Assembly: GCA_018812245.1 (NCBI GenBank)
Contig: JAHJDW010000163.1
Coordinates: forward strand, 41,435-105,434
From: Bacteroidota bacterium
GTDB lineage: Bacteria; Bacteroidota; Bacteroidia; Bacteroidales; JAHJDW01
Direction of reading: 5' to 3'
Length of the DNA: 64,000 bases
Positions 48,109 through 57,417 of the stretch are shown one piece after another; position 1 is the stretch's first letter, and the number at the start of each line of letters is the position of its first letter. Below the pieces are notes generated by a model. It saw nothing but the letters and a program-made list of their open reading frames with translations, ran no database searches and was not told the origin of the DNA. A program made the translations under genes and the position numbers.

Positions 48109-48136
48109 GTAGAGACGAGGCATGCCTCGTCTCTAC
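48109..48136. repeat. 28-bp perfect palindrome, copy 1.
   Basis: The sequence is gtagagacgaggca|tgcctcgtctctac, read directly. Confidence 0.9.
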
Positions 48137-48170
48137 AAAACCTAACCTATTAACCTAAAATTTCAACATC

Positions 48171-48635
48171 ATGAAAACAAAACCCAGTAAAATCAATGTG
48201 TTGCTTCTCGCAACAGCAACAGTACTTGTTGCAGTATTTTCGTCCTTCACAACCGACAAGGCATCAGCAGCTTATGGGATTGAGCTATGGCAGATTTCTG
48301 TAGTTCCTTCTCCAATGGATGAAGTGGAAAAAATGCCGGAATATCCCGGTGGGCATCAGGCTATGGTTGACTTTATTATCAAAAACCTTAAGTATCCAGA
48401 AGCCGCGAAAAAAAACAATGTGCAGGGCCAGGTCATTATTTCGTTTGTTGTTGATAAAAACGGGAAGGTGAAAGACGTGAAGGTTGTGAGCGGCATCGGA
48501 AGTGGCTGCGACGAAGAAGCAGTACGGGTGGTGCAAGCTATGCCTGCATGGACTCCCGGAACCAGCAAAGGAAAGGCTGTGGATGTTGAAATGAAGTTGC
48601 CGTTTGCATTTAAGTTAGATGACAAGAAGAAATGA
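48171..48635 (+). CDS. Membrane-anchored TonB C-terminal-domain protein.
   Basis: It has an N-terminal anchor followed by MPEYPGGHQAMVDFIIKNLKYPEAAKKNNVQGQVIISFVVDKNGKV...MPAWTPG. It is a paralog of the C-terminus of the preceding gene. Confidence 0.75.
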   Translation: MKTKPSKINVLLLATATVLVAVFSSFTTDKASAAYGIELWQISVVPSPMDEVEKMPEYPGGHQAMVDFIIKNLKYPEAAKKNNVQGQVIISFVVDKNGKVKDVKVVSGIGSGCDEEAVRVVQAMPAWTPGTSKGKAVDVEMKLPFAFKLDDKKK

Positions 48636-48651
48636 GCATTGAACCAAGCGG

Positions 48652-48686
48652 GTAGAGACGAGGCATGCCTCGTCTTTACTTTTTTG
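48652..48686 (+). terminator. Palindrome copy 2 followed by a T-run (terminator-like).
   Basis: The sequence is gtagagacgaggcatgcctcgtctttac followed by tttttt. It differs from copy 1 at one position. Confidence 0.7.
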
Positions 48687-48779
48687 TAGTGGCAATTTTT
48701 TTTCACCTGTTTTATTATTCAATAAATTTCCGCTTCTTTGTCGAAGGATAAATACATCTGCATACATAAATTCTTCAAT

Positions 48780-50975
48780 ATGAGATTAGCTGGAACCATT
48801 GCGTTTTTTTTGTTTTTTTCAGGTATGTTATGTGCCGCTCCGGGCGACACAACCATTGTTCGCACACACGAAAGGGCACATTGGTCGTGGTATGGAAGCA
48901 TTGACCAATGGGGCGTATTCCCTGCCGCACAAATTGAACACCGCAAGATATTGCTGTATTACACACTGGGTTGCCCTGGAGCCGGGTGCAGCGACTGGGA
49001 TTACACAACGCAGATTCAAATCAGGCGACGTACCGGCGCCATTGACTCCTCGCTCACGGTTTACTATTCTTTCAAAGTGAACGGAAATGCAATTGATACT
49101 TTCTCATATAAAACAGACACAACATACAGTTACTTTTTCGACACTATCACTCAGCAAACCGATAGTACAGCAAACAGCCCGGTAATGGTGGTTTTTTCCG
49201 ACCTGATAGCGCAACCGCCAGTACCAACAGACACAATTTTTGTATGGTCAGCAGATTATTACGAAGTAATTAATGATTCCGCGGGTGTTCCGGTTGATTC
49301 AATGTATATTTCTGCCGACTCAACATTGATTCAGCAATCACTCAATGTTTATTCACCGTTTGATGTTATTGAAAACGTTGAATTGGCCAGATATATGACG
49401 CCATATGGCGGAAATCTCACCAGCACCTGGTCGCAAACCTGGGTTTACGATGTTACTGATTTTGAATCACTGCTTCATGATTCGGTTGAAATCAGAGCCT
49501 TTTACAGTGGATGGTCGGATGGATTCACTATCACGCTTGACTTTTTGTTTATTGAAGGCACACCTGTACGCGAACCACTGAGCATTCAGAACATTTATGA
49601 GGGCTACTATGAATTTGGTATTGCCACAAACCCCATAGAAAATCATCTGGTTCCGAAAAAAGTTCTTCTTCCAGCGGGAAATACGGCTAAAGTGCGGTTT
49701 ACCGCATCGGGTCACAGCTTTGGGGGCGCCGAAAATTGTGCAGAATTTTGCTCTAAATATTATTACCTGAAAATAAATGGAACACATGCAGGGTCCAATC
49801 CGGTTTGGAGAAACGATTGCGGTTTAAATGCATTGTATCCGCAGCCGGGAACATGGTTATACGACCGCTCAAACTGGTGTCCGGGAGAGCGCACGCACAC
49901 ACTCATGCATGATGTTACGAGCTTTGTTAGTTTAGGCGACTCAACTGATTTTGATGTTGATTTTGATTCCTATTCATATACCGGAGGAGCAGGGTTTAAT
50001 CCTGCTTACTACATTTCTTCTCAGGTTGTAACGTATGGGCAGTGGAATGCGGTAAACGATGCGGGAATTGAAGACATCATTGCACCTAACTCACGATTTA
50101 CGTACAACAGATTCAATCCGGTTTGCGGATCACCCAAAATCATTGTCCGTAACAATGGATCTGCCACGTTGCAGTCGGTAAATATCCATTACGGCATTGA
50201 AGGCGACGCTCTTTCCTTGTATGAATGGACTGGTGCAATTTTGCCTGCCGATAGTTTGCATATTACGCTACCTCCGATGAATTACCGGCCTGGATCGTGT
50301 GGAAAATTCATTGCATACACTGATCAGCCCAATCAAACGCAGGATGAATACACCGCCGACGACACTCTCCGGTCGGTGTTTGAAGATGTGAAGGAATACG
50401 GAAACGATATTGTGGTTTACTTCAAGGCTAATCTTTTCCCAAACGAGAATCGGTGGGTAATGTATAATGCGGATGGAGAGATTGTTGCCGAAAGGTCAAG
50501 TACCACCGCAGGTGCACTTTACCGCGATACTCTTTTTCTGGAAGATGGTTGTTACACTTATGTGATGTACGACAGCGATGGCGACGGATTAAGTTTTTGG
50601 GCCGACGATGATGGGGCGGGTCAACTGCGATTTTACCAGTTGGGAGGAGGCATAATCAAGGTTTTCACGGGAGATTTCGGACGAGAAACAAGGCATTCTT
50701 TTCATGTAGGAAGTTACAACTCAACCGGCACGATTGAGTCTTCTCATGATATTCAGGTGTTTCCGGTGCCATTTGCTGAGGAGATTCATATTACTGCAGA
50801 TTTTGTGCTGAATGGAGAAGCCCGAATTTTCAATATTCATGGACAGGTAGTATATTCTGAACGAATTTCAAACAGTGCCCATGCTGCGCTAAATGTATCG
50901 TTGCCTTCAGGGATTTACTTTTTGCGGTTTTCTGATGGCGCAAAGCAGGTCTGGAAAAAGGTAGTAAGGCAGTAG
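48780..50975 (+). CDS. T9SS-secreted protein with a PNGase F-like (N-glycanase-related) region.
   Basis: It has a signal peptide from the ATG at 48780, the motifs LGCPGAGCSDWDY and RSNWCPGE, and a C-terminal Por-type sorting domain (IQVFPVPFAEEIHI...GIYFLRF). Confidence 0.45.
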   Translation: MRLAGTIAFFLFFSGMLCAAPGDTTIVRTHERAHWSWYGSIDQWGVFPAAQIEHRKILLYYTLGCPGAGCSDWDYTTQIQIRRRTGAIDSSLTVYYSFKVNGNAIDTFSYKTDTTYSYFFDTITQQTDSTANSPVMVVFSDLIAQPPVPTDTIFVWSADYYEVINDSAGVPVDSMYISADSTLIQQSLNVYSPFDVIENVELARYMTPYGGNLTSTWSQTWVYDVTDFESLLHDSVEIRAFYSGWSDGFTITLDFLFIEGTPVREPLSIQNIYEGYYEFGIATNPIENHLVPKKVLLPAGNTAKVRFTASGHSFGGAENCAEFCSKYYYLKINGTHAGSNPVWRNDCGLNALYPQPGTWLYDRSNWCPGERTHTLMHDVTSFVSLGDSTDFDVDFDSYSYTGGAGFNPAYYISSQVVTYGQWNAVNDAGIEDIIAPNSRFTYNRFNPVCGSPKIIVRNNGSATLQSVNIHYGIEGDALSLYEWTGAILPADSLHITLPPMNYRPGSCGKFIAYTDQPNQTQDEYTADDTLRSVFEDVKEYGNDIVVYFKANLFPNENRWVMYNADGEIVAERSSTTAGALYRDTLFLEDGCYTYVMYDSDGDGLSFWADDDGAGQLRFYQLGGGIIKVFTGDFGRETRHSFHVGSYNSTGTIESSHDIQVFPVPFAEEIHITADFVLNGEARIFNIHGQVVYSERISNSAHAALNVSLPSGIYFLRFSDGAKQVWKKVVRQ

Positions 50976-50981
50976 CTCTGT

Positions 50982-52139
50982 TTATCGGTTTTCGGCAATT
51001 CTTCGTGATTCCTCGTTGGTAGCAATAAGCTCGTCAAGGGTGGGGTTGGCGATATACGAAATCTGGTTCATCGTAAAGGCAATCAGGTCAGGGATATCGC
51101 AAAAGCTAATTTTTTCGTGAAGAAATGCATCAACAGCAATCTCGTTAGCGGCATTCATTGCGCATGGAATATTGCCGCCACGTTTCATGGCTTCGTAGGC
51201 AAGACCGAGGCATGGGAAAGTGTTGGTATCCGGCTTTTCGAATGAAAATGAGGAAATGATATTGAAGTCGCAGCGTGGCCATTTCGATTCAGGTCGGAAG
51301 GGGTAGCAGAGTGCGTACTGAATGGGCAGTCGCATATCAGGCGGTCCTAACTGTGCTTTGATGCTGCCATCGGCAAACTGAACCATACTGTGGATAATGG
51401 ATTGCGGATGAACGAGCACTTCGATTTGTTTTTCGGAAAGACCAAACAGCCAGTGGGCTTCAATCACTTCAAGCCCTTTGTTCATCAGCGTAGCACTATC
51501 GATGGTAACCTTGGCTCCCATGTTCCAATTGGGGTGTATTAGTGCGAGCTGCGGCGAAACAGTTTTTAGAAATTCGGAAGTTTTTCCCCGGAAAGGACCA
51601 CCGGAAGCGGTGAGAAAAATTTTCTCAATCGGATTTCCGTATTCTCCTGCAAGGCACTGGAAAATAGCCGAGTGTTCGCTGTCAACAGGTAGGATTGGGG
51701 TCTTATGCGTTTCAATTAATTGAGTAATCAGATGTCCGGCAATCACGAAGGTTTCTTTGTTGGCGAGTGCGATTTGTTTTCCGGCTTTGATCGCACTGAT
51801 GGTAGGTTTGAGTCCGCTATACCCGACCATCGCAGTGAGTACGATGTCAATTGATTCAGTTTCAGCCACATCGGCAATGCTTTGTTCGCCAGCAAAAACT
51901 TTTATATCTTCATCGAATAGCGCATCTTTTACTTTTTGATATTGGGTGTCGTCGGAGATAACAACCATATTGGGTTTGAATTCCAATGCTTGTTGAATGA
52001 GCAAATCGGCGTTTTTCCCGGCAGTCAGCACTTCAACACACAGAATATCGCTGTGTTCGCGGATAACCTCGAGCGCTTGTTTGCCAATAGAACCTGTTGA
52101 ACCGAGTATCGCTACTGCCCGTTTAGTGTTTTCTTCCAT
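50982..52139 (-). CDS. dxr: 1-deoxy-D-xylulose-5-phosphate reductoisomerase.
   Basis: The translation carries AILGSTGSIGKQAL...LANKE...DSEHSAIFQC... Confidence 0.93.
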   Translation of the reverse strand: MEENTKRAVAILGSTGSIGKQALEVIREHSDILCVEVLTAGKNADLLIQQALEFKPNMVVISDDTQYQKVKDALFDEDIKVFAGEQSIADVAETESIDIVLTAMVGYSGLKPTISAIKAGKQIALANKETFVIAGHLITQLIETHKTPILPVDSEHSAIFQCLAGEYGNPIEKIFLTASGGPFRGKTSEFLKTVSPQLALIHPNWNMGAKVTIDSATLMNKGLEVIEAHWLFGLSEKQIEVLVHPQSIIHSMVQFADGSIKAQLGPPDMRLPIQYALCYPFRPESKWPRCDFNIISSFSFEKPDTNTFPCLGLAYEAMKRGGNIPCAMNAANEIAVDAFLHEKISFCDIPDLIAFTMNQISYIANPTLDELIATNEESRRIAENR

Positions 52140-53014
52140 CAGAATGCGATATAAGTTTTCGGATTCACTGGATTTCCTTTGTACCAGAGTTCGAAGTGGA
52201 GATGAGGCCCGGAGGTATTTTCTCCGGTATTTCCAATAATGGCAATAACTTCTCCGGCTCTGACAATATCACCCTCTTTTTTGGTGAGTGCGCTATTGTG
52301 CCGATACACAGTTATCAGATCAGCAGTATGCTGGATTGCAATAATGTAACCCGTTTCGATAGTCCATCCTGAGATGATTATAGTACCATCGAGAGCGGCT
52401 TTCACCGGTTCATTTTCGGCAGCCGCAATGTCAACTCCGTAGTGTCGTTCGGCGGGGTTATACCCATTTATTATCGTTCCTTTCACGGGTGCGAAGAAGA
52501 AATAGCTTCTGATGTCGTTGTAGGGGCGCAAACCCTGTTCTTCCATCACGGCATATTCTTCAATCTGATCGAATTCCGCGCGTAGGATGCTGTCTTCGGG
52601 TGAAGGTTGGTTTCGGATGGAGTCGTATTTCTGACTGGTTGGTACAGTATCGTCAGGAACTTCGAACAGGGATGGGTCGCCGGAAATAACGTTTTTAATG
52701 TTCTGAATGTAGGTTTCTTTGTATTGGAGGTCTTCGGTGAGGGAATCAACGCGCGTTGCCAGTTCAATCACATCGTCGCGGATTTTATAATCTGAGGAAT
52801 ATCCGGGGATATACTCTCTGAGAGGTGTGAAGGCAATAATAACGGATGTAATGAAAACCAGAAAAATACCGAGAGCTACAAAAACGATGAATACATTCAG
52901 GCGGGAAAGGTTCAGTGAGAATTTTTCCTCGAATGTATCCTGAGCCATGATAACAAGCTTGTACTTCAGCTTGAGTTTGTCCCAGAATTTGCTTTTTTTC
53001 TTGTCTGAAACCAT
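52139..53014 (-). CDS. M23-family metallopeptidase with an N-terminal membrane anchor.
   Basis: The motifs HYGVDIAA and GNTGENTSGPHLHFELW are present. Confidence 0.85.
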   Translation of the reverse strand: MVSDKKKSKFWDKLKLKYKLVIMAQDTFEEKFSLNLSRLNVFIVFVALGIFLVFITSVIIAFTPLREYIPGYSSDYKIRDDVIELATRVDSLTEDLQYKETYIQNIKNVISGDPSLFEVPDDTVPTSQKYDSIRNQPSPEDSILRAEFDQIEEYAVMEEQGLRPYNDIRSYFFFAPVKGTIINGYNPAERHYGVDIAAAENEPVKAALDGTIIISGWTIETGYIIAIQHTADLITVYRHNSALTKKEGDIVRAGEVIAIIGNTGENTSGPHLHFELWYKGNPVNPKTYIAF

Positions 53015-53174
53015 TTCCGGTTGTGATCTTAATGCCGCAAATATCGGAATATTTTTGGCAAAAGGTATGGTAAACTTTGTAAAGAAAGAAAAGAATAAGC
53101 CTTGTTTATTGAGGATTTGATTTCTTCATCCGAATTTTTCTACCTTTGAAGCCATCAATTAGAACTCTTTTTGT

Positions 53175-55307
53175 ATGAGATACAAGAGCTTGTTGCTGAT
53201 TATTGCTCTCATTGCCCTGTCAAAGTACGTTTGTGCACAAAGCCCAGATGTTATTATGGGACAGCAGGATTCTGTTGTTTCGTGCGGATATGACCTGTAT
53301 GACAGCGGCGGTGACACCGTAAATTACAACAATAACGAGGACTTTACTTTGCTATGCCGCTCATCATTGCCCTCCTTCTCGCAGATTACGCTGTATCTGG
53401 CATATTGCAGTTTAAGCGATTATGATGCTCTGATGATTTACGATGGAGAAAGTGTTGTTGCACCGCTTCTTGCAACAATTGATTCCAATTCTAATAATTC
53501 GGCGCTGGTTATTCGGTCATCCATATCAAATACTACAGGGGCGCTTACTGTCCGTTTTGTCTCCAACAATTCTGGCAATTCGGAAGGTTTCAGGATAAAC
53601 GTAGTTTGCGGAGAACCATGTCAGAATATTGTTTCGGCATTCGGTGCGGGGACATTTCCGATGCCAACCTCCGGAAACACAATCGGAATTTGCAATGAAA
53701 ATGAAGTGCTTCTGGTTTTAGATACTACTCTGATGTTTCCCGAAAACGATGTAATCTATCATCAGGATGCGGCTTCATGTTCCTATTTCTGGGATTTTGG
53801 CGATGGGGCAACAGCCACAGGACTTTCTGTTTTTCATCAATATTCAGAACCGGGCAAATACAATATAAATATTGGAATTGCCGATGCTGAAGGGTGTATA
53901 AATTTGCAACAGGAAATCGGAGAGGTTTTGGTTTCGGGAATGCCTGTGTCGCACATCAACACACCGGCTGCACTTTGCCCTTCGCAGGGTTCAACAGTAA
54001 TTTCGGTAGGATATGGAGCCTCCAATACCGTAGTGCTCGGCCAGTACGGTGCTTTATCGGGATCAACAGCGCACCGAATCGACACTACGATGTATATACC
54101 GGACGGGCCAAACTGTACAGTTTCCTGTTACGACAGTTACCTGACAATCAACAACATGGACCCGGGTTCGGCAATAGTTTCCGGCGACGATCTGCTCGAA
54201 GTTGGCGTTATTATGGAGCATTCTTTTGTGGGCGATCTGGAAATCAATGTGATATGTCCGAGTGGGCACTCTATTGCGTTGAAGCAGTTCATATCAAGTG
54301 GAGGTGGTGATTTGGGAATATCGAATCCTAATAACGGAGGGAATCCCTGCGACCCTTCCGTGAACCCCCCGGGAACCGGTTATCCTTATGCATGGTCGGT
54401 TGCTTTTCCGCAGGTAGGGACAATGAACGATTTGTCGTCAATGGCAATTCTCGATTCCACAAACATAACAAACCATACCGGATATTACACACCTGATGAA
54501 GATTTTTCAGCTTTAGCCGGATGTCCATACAATGGGACATGGGCGATCGAAATCTGCGATCATTGGGCAATTGACAATGGATATATATTTGGTTGGTGGA
54601 TTCTGTTTGCAAAAGACACACTTTTCGGGAGTTTTTCGGTACCAGTTACCGATATAGAAATAAGTGGACCCTACTCGACCCCACAGGGTGATACTGCCCT
54701 GATTGTTTCACCAACCACCGAAGGTGTTTTTGAATACAATATTTCACTCACTGATTCATTTGGCTGTGTATATGATACAGTTATATATCTGACGGTTTCA
54801 GCGCCGGCGTTTGATCTTGGTCACGACACAACCTTGCAGGCAGGTCAGATTCTCGTTTTGGATGCAGGTCCCGGCTGGGATTCATATCTTTGGTTCAATG
54901 GAGATTCTCTCCAGATAATTGTTCTCGACACCGGAATTCTCGGAACCGGCACACATCAGGTTTTTGCGGAAGTGACCGACAGCTTTGGCTGTGCTGCGAT
55001 TGACACAATTTCCATCACATTCGAATACGCTACAGGGCAACAAAGCTCGTCAGGGCAATTGAGGTTTGATATTTTCCCCAATCCCGCAAATGAGATATTC
55101 CAGATCGCTTTGCCCGACAATATCGAAAAGGAAATTGAAGTCTGCATAGTGGATCTCAGCGGAAGAGTGCTGATGTGCATACGTTACAATAATATAGGTC
55201 AACCCGCACTGATTGAAGCCGATGCTTCACATCTGGACGCAGGAATATATATTATAGTGATAAAAGCCGAAGGGGCTGAAGGCAGGAGGATGCTGGTAAA
55301 GAATTAA
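53175..55307 (+). CDS. T9SS-secreted multidomain protein (CUB-like, PKD, proprotein-convertase P-domain-like, Por C-terminal domain).
   Basis: It has a signal peptide, a PKD motif (YFWDFGDGATATG), a P-domain-like segment (EHSFVGDLEINVICPSGHSIAL) and a C-terminal sorting domain (FDIFPNPANEIFQI...GIYIIVI). Confidence 0.6.
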   Translation: MRYKSLLLIIALIALSKYVCAQSPDVIMGQQDSVVSCGYDLYDSGGDTVNYNNNEDFTLLCRSSLPSFSQITLYLAYCSLSDYDALMIYDGESVVAPLLATIDSNSNNSALVIRSSISNTTGALTVRFVSNNSGNSEGFRINVVCGEPCQNIVSAFGAGTFPMPTSGNTIGICNENEVLLVLDTTLMFPENDVIYHQDAASCSYFWDFGDGATATGLSVFHQYSEPGKYNINIGIADAEGCINLQQEIGEVLVSGMPVSHINTPAALCPSQGSTVISVGYGASNTVVLGQYGALSGSTAHRIDTTMYIPDGPNCTVSCYDSYLTINNMDPGSAIVSGDDLLEVGVIMEHSFVGDLEINVICPSGHSIALKQFISSGGGDLGISNPNNGGNPCDPSVNPPGTGYPYAWSVAFPQVGTMNDLSSMAILDSTNITNHTGYYTPDEDFSALAGCPYNGTWAIEICDHWAIDNGYIFGWWILFAKDTLFGSFSVPVTDIEISGPYSTPQGDTALIVSPTTEGVFEYNISLTDSFGCVYDTVIYLTVSAPAFDLGHDTTLQAGQILVLDAGPGWDSYLWFNGDSLQIIVLDTGILGTGTHQVFAEVTDSFGCAAIDTISITFEYATGQQSSSGQLRFDIFPNPANEIFQIALPDNIEKEIEVCIVDLSGRVLMCIRYNNIGQPALIEADASHLDAGIYIIVIKAEGAEGRRMLVKN

Positions 55308-55323
55308 ATCACATTCAGTTGGT

Positions 55324-55569
55324 TTATTCCCGTGTAATCAGCACCAGATTGCGGTACAACATCTCTGTGCGTTTATTTACCGGCTCGTGAATCCAGCGGA
55401 TTGTGAAACGTCTTTTTCCCAATAATTCGTACGTTACGTACTGACCACCTTTACTTACTCCGTTCAGAATGGACTTCTCAGAATCGGACGAGAGGAAATA
55501 GTACAACTGACGGGCTTTTTCGCCAATTATCCGTTTGTTCCCATTCTCGTTAATAATTATTTTATCCAT
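55324..55569 (-). CDS. Hypothetical small protein (81 aa).
   Basis: ORF only. I recognise no motif. Confidence 0.3.
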   Translation of the reverse strand: MDKIIINENGNKRIIGEKARQLYYFLSSDSEKSILNGVSKGGQYVTYELLGKRRFTIRWIHEPVNKRTEMLYRNLVLITRE

Positions 55570-55717
55570 ATAGAAAACGAATTTAATGCAAATATACGCA
55601 TTTAATAAGCGAATTCCAAACCAAAAACAATATATACATTATAAGATATTGTGATTTATGTCAATATTCAGACATTTGGGCGTGAAAAAGCGTAATCTGG
55701 TCAGCCGGGGAGTTGTT

Positions 55718-56488
55718 CTATCCGAGATACCGAAGGTTCATTTCGGCTCCATCAAACTCAATATACTGACCCGACTCAAACCAGTCGCCCGGATTGAGAT
55801 ACCGTGATATGGTATCGAGCGAATAATCAACAGGAATATGGCGATGTCCGAAAATAAAATAGTCAACATGCTGATTTTCAAGAACATTCCGGCAGTATAT
55901 GACGAGCCATTCCTGCTCTCCCTCGAAAGTATAGTTGTTTCTGATGTGTTTCTGCCGGCTCTTTCCCGACCAGTATTTCGCCATTCCGAGCGCAAAGTTG
56001 GGATGCAGGCGTGCAAAGCACCATTGTAGCAACTTACTGGAAAAGCAGAATTTCAGGAATTTGTATCTGGCATCACCCGGACCTAAGCCATCGCCGTGGC
56101 CAACATGAAGCTTTTTTCTGTTAATTTCCATAAAGATTGGTTTCCGGAAAATCTTCCAGCCGCATTCTTCCTCGAAGAAACTGCGAATCCACATATCATG
56201 ATTTCCTGTGAAAAAGAAGATTTCGATTCCCTTATCTACCAATAGGTTCAATTTTCCGAAGAGTCGTGTAAATCCTTTCGGGACTACCGCTTTGTATTCA
56301 TGCCAGAAATCAAAGACATCTCCAAGCAGAAACACAGCTTGTGCGTCATTTTCAATAGAAGTTAGCCAATCAACAATTCTTTTTTCGCGTTCACGGCTGT
56401 TTTTCATATCAGGAATACCGAGGTGAAAATCAGAGGCGAAATATACCTTCTTTCCTTCAGAGATATGGTATCGAAAAATGTTGTCCAA
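55718..56488 (-). CDS. lpxH: UDP-2,3-diacylglucosamine diphosphatase (calcineurin-like phosphoesterase).
   Basis: The motifs are YFASDFHLG, GDVFDFW, GNHD and GHRH. Confidence 0.75.
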   Translation of the reverse strand: MDNIFRYHISEGKKVYFASDFHLGIPDMKNSREREKRIVDWLTSIENDAQAVFLLGDVFDFWHEYKAVVPKGFTRLFGKLNLLVDKGIEIFFFTGNHDMWIRSFFEEECGWKIFRKPIFMEINRKKLHVGHGDGLGPGDARYKFLKFCFSSKLLQWCFARLHPNFALGMAKYWSGKSRQKHIRNNYTFEGEQEWLVIYCRNVLENQHVDYFIFGHRHIPVDYSLDTISRYLNPGDWFESGQYIEFDGAEMNLRYLG

Positions 56489-56560
56489 TGTGAACCTGAT
56501 TTGTTAATGCAAATATAGTGAATGAAGATGAGAGCAAAACACCTTTGGGTTGAATAAAGC

Positions 56561-56582
56561 AAAAAGGGGCATAAAGCCCCTT
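56561..56582 (-). terminator. Rho-independent terminator after the sigma/anti-sigma pair.
   Basis: The hairpin is aaggggc-ataaa-gcccctt (56564-56582). On the minus strand it is followed by ttttt. Confidence 0.7.
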
Positions 56583-56617
56583 GAAACCAGAACAAAGCCT
56601 GATAATAATCTGGAAGA

Positions 56618-57406
56618 TTATTTCCTGGTATATGTTTTATAGTCGGAGAAATTGGATCCTGAAAGTAATTTCACCTCGTACGTGTCTCCGACTTTTAGCG
56701 TCGAAACGTCAATTTCATAAAAGTACGATTTGCTTTGTTCCACCTTGTGACGAAGCACTTCTTTTCCCTTTTCATCAAAAAAGCAGACAAAATCAACTTT
56801 ATTGAGACCGATGGCATTCATCCACCATAAGTTTGTAGCACCTGATTGAACCTTAGCATCCGAGGTAATATTGGTTTTCTGGTTGTTTGATACGTTGATT
56901 TGGTTCTGAGAGGTTGCAGGTATAGTGCTGATGTTTTGCTTGTTCGCTTTCGCGTCAGTCAAAACGGCGGGCGTAGTGTTCTTGGTTTCCGGCGTGTTAG
57001 TACGTATTGCAGGCTGATTTTTGGTGTTATTAATAACTTCCGGGTTCGATGCAACGGTTGAGGCAATAACCGTATTGGAGGCATTTTCCCCGGGATCAGA
57101 AACGGTCACCTGCCTGTCGGCCTGAAGACCTGGTTGAAGTGTCGCCAATTCGGAGCCTTTGACGGTAACGTTCTTGCTGCCGGGATTGAAAACGAATAAT
57201 GCAGTAACAGAGACAAGTATAACTGCTACTATCGAAATCAGCGCGGCCGGTCTTACCCAGAAGGGTCGGGATGTTGCATTTTCAGTTTCAGCCTGAGACA
57301 AAGCGGCCTCAATATTATCCCAGATGAAATCGGGCGGGGCTTTCTCGAAGCCTTCCGTCCGGTTGACGAAGTACTGTGCAACATCTCCTTTAAATAGCTC
57401 TTTCAT
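56618..57406 (-). CDS. Single-pass membrane protein in the anti-sigma position.
   Basis: It follows the ECF sigma gene after an 11-nt gap. It has a TM helix (WVRPAALISIVAVILVSVTALFVF) and an N/T/S/Q-rich linker. I saw no zf-HC2 motif. Confidence 0.4.
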   Translation of the reverse strand: MKELFKGDVAQYFVNRTEGFEKAPPDFIWDNIEAALSQAETENATSRPFWVRPAALISIVAVILVSVTALFVFNPGSKNVTVKGSELATLQPGLQADRQVTVSDPGENASNTVIASTVASNPEVINNTKNQPAIRTNTPETKNTTPAVLTDAKANKQNISTIPATSQNQINVSNNQKTNITSDAKVQSGATNLWWMNAIGLNKVDFVCFFDEKGKEVLRHKVEQSKSYFYEIDVSTLKVGDTYEVKLLSGSNFSDYKTYTRK

Positions 57407-57417
57407 TGCCTTTTTCC

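Noticed and set aside
48109-48136. The palindrome contains inverted GAGACG/CGTCTC (type IIS enzyme sites) around a GCATGC core, which raised the possibility of a cloning or synthetic artefact.
   Set aside because: Two copies with a point difference sit in natural intergenic, terminator-like positions beside paralogous genes. No vector-like sequence surrounds them.
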